Below, piece by piece: positions 9,910-19,791 of a DNA stretch of 64,000 bases. The notes under the pieces were generated by a model. The model was not told where the DNA came from. It searched no databases and was given only the letters and a program-made list of their open reading frames with translations. The stretch lies in NCBI GenBank assembly GCA_000002445.1, contig CH464491.1, positions 4,416,001 through 4,480,000 on the forward strand. Reading direction: 5' to 3'. Each line of letters starts with the position of its first letter. Within the stretch, counting starts at the first letter, position 1. Position numbers and translations under genes: made by a program. This stretch comes from Trypanosoma brucei (lineage: Eukaryota).

Positions 9910-12672
9910 CTAAGCAACTACCTCCTCACTCCTTGGTGGCAAAGCTCTACCCGACCGCAAATTCTCAGGGGAGTTCTCGGAGTTGCGGTGCGCTTCCATC
10001 AGCCGCTCCAATAGCGAACCGGGCGTTAACGACTCTTTGTCGCTCATATAACGGAGGCTGTCACCGGCGTGAACATCTTGAGGACCCCACACGGCGTGGC
10101 GCTGGGAATCCAATCTCCGAACCAGAGATGCATAATAACTCGGCGGTGGGCCCCTTCCCAGTCGCGGGTTGACCTCTATCAAATCCTTATACAAGTCGTT
10201 TATGTATGACTCATGCAAAGAAGTCCTTGTTGGGTGTGTGCCCCGCCGCGGTATCGTACTGCAGCGGAGAAATTCTAACGCTGCGGGAAGCGATACGCAA
10301 AGAACCTCAATGAGATCTAGCGGCCCGCGGTTCACCTTCAGCACCTCCCAGGAAGAGAGCACGGCCCGTAGCGCCGGTGTCCATATGATGGCCGGAACCT
10401 CGGGAAGCTCACTGAAGCCCCGGTAGAAGAGCGACTGCTCGCTCACCAACCCCGTCGGGCTTTGCAGGAAGAAAAAACTATCTTCGATCCTTCGCCACGA
10501 ATCCTCAACATCACCCAAGATCAAATAGTTAAATAGGTGGACGAATCCGCTCTGGGGGGATGCACCAAACCCATCCACAAGCATCGCCTCTGAGTCCATG
10601 AAAAGACGCTCAGGAAGCAAGACGTCGTAGCACAAGTGACCAGGGAATTCAGACGCACTTCCCCCCAGCCCCACTGCCGCGTCAACAAGCTCCTTGATGG
10701 TATCTAGTGGGTAGGAGGGATACATGGCACATAGCACGTTGGCGAACTCCATAACAGGCACGATACCCGAGGGCTTCGTCCACCCATTTCGCTTCAAGTC
10801 CAAGAAGCGGAAAATTGCCAACAACATCGAGGTATCCAGCTCCAGCATACGGATAAGGTTCTTGTTCACCTCCTTTCGTGTCACCAACCCGTACGCGCGA
10901 GTTAAGGGCCCACAAAACTTACTTCGGGAAACCTCATCAAAGGCATATGAAAGCTGCAATTGCCCCTTCTGAGCCTCCTCAAGCGACCCCACCCCACACT
11001 CCCCGCCCGATACAGAAGAACCACCCTCATCGCCGGATTGAAGAAAGTTGATGAAATAGTCCCGCGTAAAAGTATCCAACGGCTCCTCCATTCCCTGCTT
11101 GCGCCACTCCCACAGAAGGATGCAGACCTGGCGCTCCACAAAAATTGGATCGATACGCAATGCACGTACCGGATTGGCTGTACGGAGGTGCCCGGGTACG
11201 TGGGCACCGCACCCCATCCCTGGCACATGCAGGGGCGTGGACTGCAGGAACGTGGAAGCAGGGGCCTGGCAGCGCTCATCAGGCGGTCGAGAAGCAGCAA
11301 CTGAGCGAATAGGCGAATGAGTCCTGGAGGGGGTTAGAGAGACAGCCACTGAGCGAATAGGCGAATGAACCCTGGAGGGGGTTAGAGAGACAGCCACTGA
11401 GCGAATAGGCGAATGAACCCTGGAGGTGGTCGTCTCTGGCATGTCGTCCCTTTCCTTTCCAGTGTTATTGGGAGGTCGCACCGCTCTCAGTTTCAGTAAT
11501 GTTTCTGCCTCCTTCTCCAACTGCCTGTTCCGAATATCAGCCCAATGCCGTTGGACTTCATTTCGGTTTGAAAACGATGCCATCACTACATTGCGGAGTG
11601 CCAAAAGGTCAAGTCGGTATTTTTCACATTTCCGCTTCTCAATGATAAAATCGTTCTTTATCTTCTGCGTTTCTACCGCAATTGCAACGTTGTAATCGCC
11701 AAGGATTGAAAGTCGAGTAGAGAGCGCAATGCTCTGCCTCGCGTACATACCGTTGAGCTCAAGAAGATCATGAGTTCGCTTCCTTAGTTGTTCCTGTTCT
11801 GCCACTAAGGCCTCCAACTCTTGTTGCAGGTCGTCCAACGCCTTCTCATTCATGGCGCGAGCAACGAGCCGTCGCACGTACTCCGCGTCACGTAGACCCT
11901 TGCCAATAATTGTTGAGCCGTCTAGGTGGAGTCCAGAAGCGTGGGTCAGCATCATTTGGTGTTCCAGTAGCATCTCAAGTTTCTTTTCCCTTTCGTGACA
12001 GGCGGCGATCTCTGCCTTCAGGTGGTCACGTTGTGTAGAAGACTCCTCTACTAGCTTCGCCATGTGTGCCTCCATCACACGCATCTTCTCATGGACGGCG
12101 GCCACTTCAGCCGCATCTGCTTCTCCCAACTCCCGTTGCCGTTGCTGGCTTTGCTGCCCCCAAACCTGGCATTCGCGGAGCTGCGCGTTCTCCTGCAAGA
12201 GCTCATCTACAAGTTCAAATACAAAGCCAAGTGTTTTACCCAAGACAGGACGATACATCCCAGCATTGGATGTGAAGAGCGCCAAGGCTGCACGGGCCAA
12301 CTCCAACTTTGTCACAATGTCCCGGCGGTGGGCGTGTCCGGTTTGAGACATTGAGCCCGTAGGCCGCCGAGGAGGTACAGAAAGCTCACCCCCCTCACAC
12401 GCACTCTCCATGTCAGCGCCCCACAGAGAACCATTCGCAATGGCAGGAAACCGTGCGGAACGACTACCTCCACCACCAGCAGTGGCCCCGCCCTCTGCCG
12501 AAGCAAAAGAATTCTTTTGAACATCACTGCGGCTGTCACCAGCCCTATCAGTCGAAAGCAACGCCGATGTTGTGTAATCGAACTCCCCCAGCCCATCCCA
12601 CGGCTGCAAAACATGCTGCAATTGCTGAAGTAGCGAGGCCATCACACTTACGTAGCGTGCACTTCGGGCCAT
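9910..12672 (-). CDS. Hypothetical large coiled-coil protein with an internal 3x 16-aa tandem repeat (SPIRSVAVSLTPSRVH).
   Basis: Minus ORF 9910..12819. The probable start is MARSARYVSVMASLLQQ (ATG 12672), or a downstream ATG. Long heptad-like regions (LEELEALVAEQEQLRKR...). The 48-bp DNA repeat sits at 11300-11430. Confidence 0.55.
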   Translation of the reverse strand: MARSARYVSVMASLLQQLQHVLQPWDGLGEFDYTTSALLSTDRAGDSRSDVQKNSFASAEGGATAGGGGSRSARFPAIANGSLWGADMESACEGGELSVPPRRPTGSMSQTGHAHRRDIVTKLELARAALALFTSNAGMYRPVLGKTLGFVFELVDELLQENAQLRECQVWGQQSQQRQRELGEADAAEVAAVHEKMRVMEAHMAKLVEESSTQRDHLKAEIAACHEREKKLEMLLEHQMMLTHASGLHLDGSTIIGKGLRDAEYVRRLVARAMNEKALDDLQQELEALVAEQEQLRKRTHDLLELNGMYARQSIALSTRLSILGDYNVAIAVETQKIKNDFIIEKRKCEKYRLDLLALRNVVMASFSNRNEVQRHWADIRNRQLEKEAETLLKLRAVRPPNNTGKERDDMPETTTSRVHSPIRSVAVSLTPSRVHSPIRSVAVSLTPSRTHSPIRSVAASRPPDERCQAPASTFLQSTPLHVPGMGCGAHVPGHLRTANPVRALRIDPIFVERQVCILLWEWRKQGMEEPLDTFTRDYFINFLQSGDEGGSSVSGGECGVGSLEEAQKGQLQLSYAFDEVSRSKFCGPLTRAYGLVTRKEVNKNLIRMLELDTSMLLAIFRFLDLKRNGWTKPSGIVPVMEFANVLCAMYPSYPLDTIKELVDAAVGLGGSASEFPGHLCYDVLLPERLFMDSEAMLVDGFGASPQSGFVHLFNYLILGDVEDSWRRIEDSFFFLQSPTGLVSEQSLFYRGFSELPEVPAIIWTPALRAVLSSWEVLKVNRGPLDLIEVLCVSLPAALEFLRCSTIPRRGTHPTRTSLHESYINDLYKDLIEVNPRLGRGPPPSYYASLVRRLDSQRHAVWGPQDVHAGDSLRYMSDKESLTPGSLLERLMEAHRNSENSPENLRSGRALPPRSEEVVA
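11300..11430. repeat. 48-bp tandem repeat, ~2.7 copies.
   Basis: actgagcgaataggcgaatga[gt/ac]cctggagggggttagagagacagcc at 11300, 11348 and 11396. Confidence 0.85.
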
Positions 12673-12675
12673 AGT

Positions 12676-12745
12676 AAAAGAAAAAAAACACGCAACAAAA
12701 AGGAGGAAAGGAAAAAGAGAGTGATATAATCCAACAAATAGGGCA
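12676..12745 (-). promoter_or_regulatory. Polypyrimidine tract (on the coding minus strand) immediately upstream of the 9910..12672 CDS. A candidate trans-splicing / polyadenylation-coupling signal.
   Basis: The plus strand agtaaaagaaaaaaaacacgcaacaaaaaggaggaaaggaaaaagagag equals a C/T run on the minus strand. Comparable purine-rich (plus-strand) tracts lie upstream of most genes, e.g. 5880-5960, 9340-9400, 51600-51660. Confidence 0.35.
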
Positions 12746-13539
12746 TCTATATATAAATATAACTGTAGGTTTGTCAGTCGGCTTACCACCACAAAATAAA
12801 CAAGAAACAGAAGGCGCAATTTTGGACAAGCAAAAGAACGGTGCTACCTTCACATGCGACAAAACACTTGCATGTCCACAATGCACTGAATCGCCACGCA
12901 CAAATATGTGCAACACTAATACACTACCTCACAACACGATAATCCCACTCCAGGGTACAAAACAGATGGATTCTGCCTCCACTGCCATTACCGCTTGTGG
13001 GATCCAACCCTAACGAACTCCCAAAACCTTACAGATTCATCGAAGCAGACACTGTGGAACGCCTAAGGTCTCACAACACCGACCAGCATTAAGTCTCTTT
13101 CCACAGTAACACCACGCCTCAATGAGAGCTACGGGCAGCACACACAACGGCGGTTGAGCATATACAGGGGGGTCAGCAGTACAAATGGGGAAGGGAAGGG
13201 AACGGAACGGAACGGAAACGATTCAACAGAGTGACTGCTTGCGCAGATCACCCAAACCTTAATACAACAAAACCTGCGGCACATACACACACAAAAAAAA
13301 AATCACCCATTATTTACTATCTCTCTTTCCTACCTGTTGCAGCCGCGACCGAAGAATAGTTAACAAAGTGGAATACACGAGAAAGTGAAGGGACACGAAG
13401 TTGACAATTAAAACACAAGACAGAAAGGCCAAGACTGAGAAAACAACGCGTGTCCCTACAACACCGGCGACGACTTCCACACCACACAAGGCACGGCAAG
13501 CAAAGCAAAACCCTCGTTCCATTAGCCCACGCATGCGTT

Positions 13540-16185
13540 TCACTTCCCTACCTGGCGATGGTCGAGTAGCACCCAAAGCTGCTTCACCCACCGCACGGTC
13601 GCCTCCTGCGCGGCATCCCCACTCAATGCCTCTATGGCCATAAGAAAACACCGTTCCACAGCATCCATCACCTGCCCTAACCTTTCAGCCGCATGCGAAT
13701 TGTCAGCGACACGCTTCGCGAGGTCACCCTCCGGTACGTTGCCAACACATAACTGGTCCAGCACGGCGGCCTCAATAGTTTCGATGAAACATTCAGGAGT
13801 AACACCCATGACGGCAGATGGTCCCCCTACAGCAGCGGAGGGTCGAAAAACGCGCTGAAGTAACAGCAAACGGGAAACCACTAACGGAAGTGTAGCGAGG
13901 GCTGCACGTGACACTCCCTCAGGTGTCTCAAGCGCTTCCTCTGACGCGTTGTACCACATTGCCAACTGGTGAAGCTGTCCCTTAAGCACCATTGTACTTC
14001 TTCCCATAGCCCCTTGAGTGCTCGGCCCAAATGATATAGCCACACGAGGAACCTGGTGGAGGCAAACAGTCAAGTGCTCCCGCACCTCTTTGGTGAAGGG
14101 GTACACCAGTGTCACAGCAACCATCAGCCTTACAATAAGGCTGTCTGTGATCCGCCGCACGCTGTCAACTAGTGTGGGGGTCTGCGGATCGAACAAATAA
14201 TAGTAATGAGACATGAAATGCACTGTTTGACTCTGCAGTTGACTTATGCCCGCAGCCTCTTGACCGCACGCTCCGTCCACACACATAGACACAGAATCAA
14301 GCAGCAGCACCGAAACGGATCTGAAAAATGGGCGCACAACCTTTTCGCTAATTTTCTTTAGATTTATTGTGACTTCAAGAAGTTTTCTTTGTCTCTCTGC
14401 GACCAGCTTCCGCGTACTCACAGCAGATTCGTCACAGCACGCTCCCCCCGCCCCGTCGCATCCTCCGCCAGATGATTGCCACATATCGTCTCGACCCCCA
14501 ACGAATTCTCCCCTGTCTTCATCCTCCTCCCCCTCAGGCAACGAGGCAAGCATAACAGCAAAATCCATGCTGAGTTGTGTACAGGCGTTACTTATACATA
14601 TATGGAGCATTTGCAGCGTGTTAACGTCAGAGGACACCGAAGGAAGTGGGGGTAGAGGCCACCTCATACTTGTTTCCGTAACACGTTGCATGAATCCTGC
14701 GAGGCACTGCAACGTGCAAGCTAGTACCGTCGAAAGGGTTTGGGGGTCACGTTGATACTCCATCACATCTCGCATCGCCAGCGTGGCATAACTACGTACG
14801 TCTAACACGTGCGCGATGGCAGGAACCTGGGGACGCTGGAGGTCTACCGAGAGGTTGGGGAGTGGTTTGTTACCTCCGCTTGGAATTATGGAATTCAACC
14901 TTGAAATGACGCCGTGCAACCGCTCGCGGTGCCGATCCATAATTTGAGCACCAAAGCGCTCGTTTACCTCGCGCGTCACATGTGAAAGCCACATGCACCT
15001 CAGTTGCTCAACACCGCTAGGGAGACAAGCTCCGGCGCCTCCACCACCGCTGGTATTCGGGCGACCATTACTTGATGCATCCAACCCCATAAGTTGATCC
15101 AGCAATTCCAATAACTCTACCACATCGTCCAAAAAGGTGACGAGCAGTGAACGGTAGCGCAATATGTCGCCCGCCATTGCGTAGAAAAAATTGGGGCGCT
15201 TTTGTATGGCCTGCAGCCGCTCCCGTAACTTATCCGTGACAAAGTGCCAGTAGTCCCCAAGCACAGACGTGGGGTTATCCACAGCACTGAGGTACGGAAT
15301 TTGCGTGACGGGATCTGCTTTTTTCACAAGGACGCGCCACAACGCAATAACACTGCCCGTGTGCGTTGCCGTGGCCCTGAGGGCAGCCTGCAAATGAGAT
15401 GCAAGAACTTCGCAAGTTCGTGAGCCAACGTAATCAAAATCGCTGGTGGTGGCGGTACACTCATCATTAATTTCATTAGCTATTACCTGGATATCCAGTT
15501 CTCGCATAAGTGTCTTCATAACCTCTCGTTTCTGCTCGGTCATAAAGCCACTTATCACACGCGAAGCACTTCCCAAGGCAACGAAGCATTGTAAGGCGGT
15601 AGTGACATTGGATGCATCCCGGGAGTCCGCACGCCGCAGCATATCTTGTGCTCTGGACCGAATGACTGTCGCTGACCTCTCAACAACATCCATGCGAGAA
15701 CGCACCACGTCGATAGCCGCGATGTTTGCAGCCTGAAGAAGCTCCTCGACCTCCCGCATCGTTCGGGCAGCACGAGCAATGTCATCGGGAAGCAAACCCT
15801 TCAGTCGCGTTGTAAGGTTGATAAACCTAATGACACTCCGCAACGTATTTAGGGTGACGTTCGTGTTCCGCAGCTTCGTAATGCTCCCTTTGATGAGATG
15901 GTAAGGTTCGTAAATGGTGTGCCTGAGCCTGCTGGCGGAGTGCATAAGCGTAGCAGCAGCCTGGCGGACGGCGGCAGCGTCTCTTTGTGCGCAACTCGCA
16001 GCGGTCACCTGCCGAAGCATATCCTCCACATTCTCCGTAAGGATGTTATGCATCTCCTCCCGCACCGCTGCTGAACAGGAGGTGAGGCGCGATTGCTCCG
16101 TCTTACAACTTGAAGCATGGATAGCGTAGCGTAAGTAACCCTCCTCGTCAAAGTCCGGGCTCATAAGAATGCTGTCTGTAAACAT
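13540..16185 (-). CDS. COG5: Conserved oligomeric Golgi complex subunit 5 (COG5)-like.
   Basis: 881-aa ORF. The N-terminal DFDEEGYLRY plus ...IYEPYHLIKGSITKLRNTNVTLNTLRSVIRFINLTTRLKGLL... and ...ALQCFVALGSASRVISGFM... parallel human COG5 ([61 protein letters not shown]). Confidence 0.6.
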   Translation of the reverse strand: MFTDSILMSPDFDEEGYLRYAIHASSCKTEQSRLTSCSAAVREEMHNILTENVEDMLRQVTAASCAQRDAAAVRQAAATLMHSASRLRHTIYEPYHLIKGSITKLRNTNVTLNTLRSVIRFINLTTRLKGLLPDDIARAARTMREVEELLQAANIAAIDVVRSRMDVVERSATVIRSRAQDMLRRADSRDASNVTTALQCFVALGSASRVISGFMTEQKREVMKTLMRELDIQVIANEINDECTATTSDFDYVGSRTCEVLASHLQAALRATATHTGSVIALWRVLVKKADPVTQIPYLSAVDNPTSVLGDYWHFVTDKLRERLQAIQKRPNFFYAMAGDILRYRSLLVTFLDDVVELLELLDQLMGLDASSNGRPNTSGGGGAGACLPSGVEQLRCMWLSHVTREVNERFGAQIMDRHRERLHGVISRLNSIIPSGGNKPLPNLSVDLQRPQVPAIAHVLDVRSYATLAMRDVMEYQRDPQTLSTVLACTLQCLAGFMQRVTETSMRWPLPPLPSVSSDVNTLQMLHICISNACTQLSMDFAVMLASLPEGEEDEDRGEFVGGRDDMWQSSGGGCDGAGGACCDESAVSTRKLVAERQRKLLEVTINLKKISEKVVRPFFRSVSVLLLDSVSMCVDGACGQEAAGISQLQSQTVHFMSHYYYLFDPQTPTLVDSVRRITDSLIVRLMVAVTLVYPFTKEVREHLTVCLHQVPRVAISFGPSTQGAMGRSTMVLKGQLHQLAMWYNASEEALETPEGVSRAALATLPLVVSRLLLLQRVFRPSAAVGGPSAVMGVTPECFIETIEAAVLDQLCVGNVPEGDLAKRVADNSHAAERLGQVMDAVERCFLMAIEALSGDAAQEATVRWVKQLWVLLDHRQVGK

Positions 16186-16692
16186 CGCTTGTACCCCACG
16201 AACTAACCCGTGAAAACAACAATGTTTCCAGTTTCATGCAAGGGCGGCGTGCCGCAGCCAAACAAAAGGACGGAAATGAAAGACAAGAGTAAAGACGAAT
16301 AGCAATGGTAAAGACGGCACCGACAGGTATTAGACTGCAACCGCATCGGTGGGGAATAGTGGAACCACATTTAAAAAGCTGTATTCTTCCGTAGGAAAAG
16401 CACAAACAAACACTTTAACCGAGGGAAACATAAGTCAATTTTATGTTCGTAATCTTTTTTTTCTCACTCTTCACCCCTCCTCACAACCCCATTCCTCACT
16501 TCCTCACAGACGCACCCACGAATGCTTTCGACTCCAGTCGCAAGTAAACACTCACACGCGGGGCACTAATCTTGGAAGTAGACAAAAGCGTTTTGCCGCA
16601 ATCCGAAAGACGGAAAAAAGAGACGTAACATGTCGTGCAGCAACTCACTACAGCCAGAACGGTTTCACACTGCAATACTAATCTGTAGTCCG

Positions 16693-18141
16693 CTACTTAC
16701 CACCATCTTGCGACAACCGCTCATAAACCTTACGCACTTGCTCCTGCAGGGCATCGTTGCTACACTCACCGTCAGCGCCAAGGGCTGTAACGGCGTCTAA
16801 CAGGAACCCCCTGCAATCGTCTCGAAGGGCGCCAGGGGTGCGCACCACAGATTTCAGCAACGGAAGCACGATCGCCACTTCTTCATCGGATCTGCAGCGA
16901 CCCGCGTGAGCCAGGCCATATAAAATTCGGCTAGTGACTTGCATGCTGTGGGCATTATGAACATAGCGCCTCATTGGGGCTCCGCTGCATAGTGCATCCA
17001 CTGCGGGGTCTACACCGGGTGAGACACATCGCAACCGCACGCAAGCAAGTAGAGTGAGAGCCAGATTGAGACCTTCTAGCACATTAACGGATGCATTAAC
17101 TAGTGTCACTACAACTTCTTCGCAGCCCGATAAATAGAAATGAGCCAGTGACTGCACGACAATGGACGCAGCAAGGCCGTGCTCCTTGGTGACATTGCTT
17201 GTTGGAAAACTTGCGGCCAATGATGAGGATAGCACGCGCAATAGCCTCAAATGACGGTAGGAACTCAAATGGAAGGCTTTCAGAACGAAAGCCACATCGA
17301 GTGGGGTGAGCTGTGGGAGCAACTCCATGGAACGACGAGCCACACTATTGAGTAACCGGCGAGGACCCTTGCAGGTGGCTGAAACCACACGGCATACATC
17401 CAAGATAGTTGTCTTAACTTCGTTTGCGTCCGCATTCATATCGATATCATCGCACAACCGATGCTCCACCGCACCCAAAATACGCTGTGCCTCCTCCGGG
17501 AATGTTTCCGACAATATGAAGGCGCATTGACGAGCGTCCCTCAGCGGCACATCGGCAGCAGTAGCCACTACAGTTTCTGTGACGACTTTGACCAGCTGTG
17601 CGTCAGCCATCTGAATGCTACACAAAAGGCGAAGGATGTGAACCGCTTCACGAGCTATCAACTCTGGCGCAACCTCCCGCAACCGTGGGAGCAGAATGCC
17701 GACGATTTCCTTTGTCTGCGGGTGTTTCAACTTCGCCAGTGTGTAAAAGAACGATGCCATGGAGAACGCGTCAAGCATAAACGCATTCTTCGTGTGCTGG
17801 TTTATCAGCGCGTATGTAACAGGAAGGTCAACCGCGCCAAAATATGCAGCAAGGCGAAGCGCCCTCTGCGTGTGTGTAAAGTAAGGATCTTCATCTATAG
17901 AAAGAAGCGGAAGCGTGCGAAGGATCTGTGTGGCCTTACTACGCAACGCGGGATCAAACGTACATTGATGCCTCTGCTGCAGTGCAGTTAACTCAGTAAG
18001 TCTTTCCATCGCTAGCAACCCTGTGGGTGACAAGCGCCGTGCCTGCTGAGCCATCACAGTGTTACTATAACCCTGTTTGTGCACCTTCGAGCGCATTTTA
18101 AATGCGATGCCCCTCGCAACTTTCTCAAAAGGGTTACTCAT
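16693..18141 (-). CDS. Hypothetical leucine-rich helical-repeat protein (possibly an organellar RNA-binding / FASTK-like family).
   Basis: Minus ORF 16693..18480. The upstream part looks like translated spacer. The likely start is MSNPFEKVARG at ATG 18141. Leu/Ala-rich helical repeats; no catalytic motif recognised. Confidence 0.45.
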   Translation of the reverse strand: MSNPFEKVARGIAFKMRSKVHKQGYSNTVMAQQARRLSPTGLLAMERLTELTALQQRHQCTFDPALRSKATQILRTLPLLSIDEDPYFTHTQRALRLAAYFGAVDLPVTYALINQHTKNAFMLDAFSMASFFYTLAKLKHPQTKEIVGILLPRLREVAPELIAREAVHILRLLCSIQMADAQLVKVVTETVVATAADVPLRDARQCAFILSETFPEEAQRILGAVEHRLCDDIDMNADANEVKTTILDVCRVVSATCKGPRRLLNSVARRSMELLPQLTPLDVAFVLKAFHLSSYRHLRLLRVLSSSLAASFPTSNVTKEHGLAASIVVQSLAHFYLSGCEEVVVTLVNASVNVLEGLNLALTLLACVRLRCVSPGVDPAVDALCSGAPMRRYVHNAHSMQVTSRILYGLAHAGRCRSDEEVAIVLPLLKSVVRTPGALRDDCRGFLLDAVTALGADGECSNDALQEQVRKVYERLSQDGGK

Positions 18142-18792
18142 CACGCCGCAGAAAATATGCACTCGTAGCTTAACCCGTCGGTGCAGCACAGGCGCTAGTG
18201 CCGTGACAAGGGTTGTAAGTAGGAAAGAGGGAAGAATGGATTGCGGTTGGTGTCTGGAACAGAAGCAGCAGAGAGTACAAAAGATATAAAAAGATCGAGA
18301 TTGCAAAAAAACAGATGACACGGAACAAACATTCATACCTACGTGTAGACGGGCAGAGACCTTAAGGCTCCATCCAACGCCTCGAGTATCAGAAAGAGTG
18401 CGCACCCCCCCCCCGTACGACACGCCCAATAACAATGCATTACCCTGTCTGGCACGGGTGCTCAGTAACATCTCTCCCACTCAGCAGACACTGAAAGCAA
18501 CTTCCCTCACCTATCATCCTTTCACATTCGTGGAACCCGCTCTACAACCTCATTGCCCCATATAGAAATTCCCCCTCCTTCTCACCTCACCAATTCCGTG
18601 CTTGATCAATACCTTGGAGACTATTCATGCCTGGAATAAAAGAAGAGAGATCGGAATGAACCAATTTCCGTAGCAGGTCATCAAAGGACTCCTCACAAAC
18701 GACTAAACAGAAATTGAAGACTGACTTCAACTGCTGGTGGCCGCTCCTCCCTGGGACATGTAAGCACACACACACACACGTATATGGAACCC

Positions 18793-19290
18793 TCACGGCA
18801 TTATTTTAAAACCGACATTTCTGGGGTATACGCGAGGTTTCTGTCCGGGGTCGTCAACTCCCTCCGGTGTACGCTGACCAATATCCGCAGGAGGGGAAAC
18901 TTCCAACTTGGACATGAAACTCTCCGTATACCCGAACGATGTGATGGCTGGCTGGTTGATTAAATCACCACCGTCATCGGTGCGAGGACGCTCAATAATG
19001 GCGTGGTTCATGCCATAAGTTATACAAGCCTCCATTATGTCCTCGCACTCATCCTCTGTGGCGCCAGCAAGACGGATCATGCGCTGATCTGTGGGCGTAT
19101 AGTTGATGTACATGTGAGGCTCGCCAAAAGACAGTTCTTGGATAGTAAAACTGCAGAAAGGATTCAAAAGCTGTAACTCCGGTAGATTGTTACGCCACCA
19201 GTTGCGTACTCCGAAACAGTTGGGATCCTTGGGGTTCAGCCACACGGTTAGGGAGGCAACACAGGGCGTAAAACGCGCTCGCCATGACAT
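18793..19290 (-). CDS. Hypothetical protein (166 aa).
   Basis: Minus ORF 18793..19305. The likely start is MSWRARF (ATG 19290). Coding-like composition between two AT-rich spacers. Confidence 0.4.
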   Translation of the reverse strand: MSWRARFTPCVASLTVWLNPKDPNCFGVRNWWRNNLPELQLLNPFCSFTIQELSFGEPHMYINYTPTDQRMIRLAGATEDECEDIMEACITYGMNHAIIERPRTDDGGDLINQPAITSFGYTESFMSKLEVSPPADIGQRTPEGVDDPGQKPRVYPRNVGFKIMP

Positions 19291-19791
19291 TTCCTTGGGG
19301 TGCACCTAATAATACAGCGAGCGGTTCAATTGCTTAGCCCACCACTCCCGTTTCAACACAAACGTTCAGTTAAATATTCAATTGCTACTAACGGTTTTCT
19401 CAGCGTTATTTCCCCCCCCCCTCTTATTGACGTCACAGTGGCAGTGAAAGTAAAAAAGCAACGGGAACGAGGTGACCCACCGGTGTGATTGCTTCGCTCA
19501 AATGCCTGTACCTAAGGATGAAGAAAAATGGGGGGAAGGTTGCATGAAGGGGGTAACGACAAAAAAAAAACAAAAGACACAGCAAAAAAAAAAGATAGAA
19601 ACAGAGAGAATTCCTCAAGAAAATACAATGCCACATTGTAGTGGCGCGCTCCGACAGCGTGAGTACACGCCGAAACCTGGGCAGAGATCCGGCGTCCCCG
19701 CCCCACATTGCAATGACACATGTACATAGCCATTTACGTATGTATTACGCGTGCTTTGAAAACGTGCTGTGAACAAATACATGAGAGCTAA

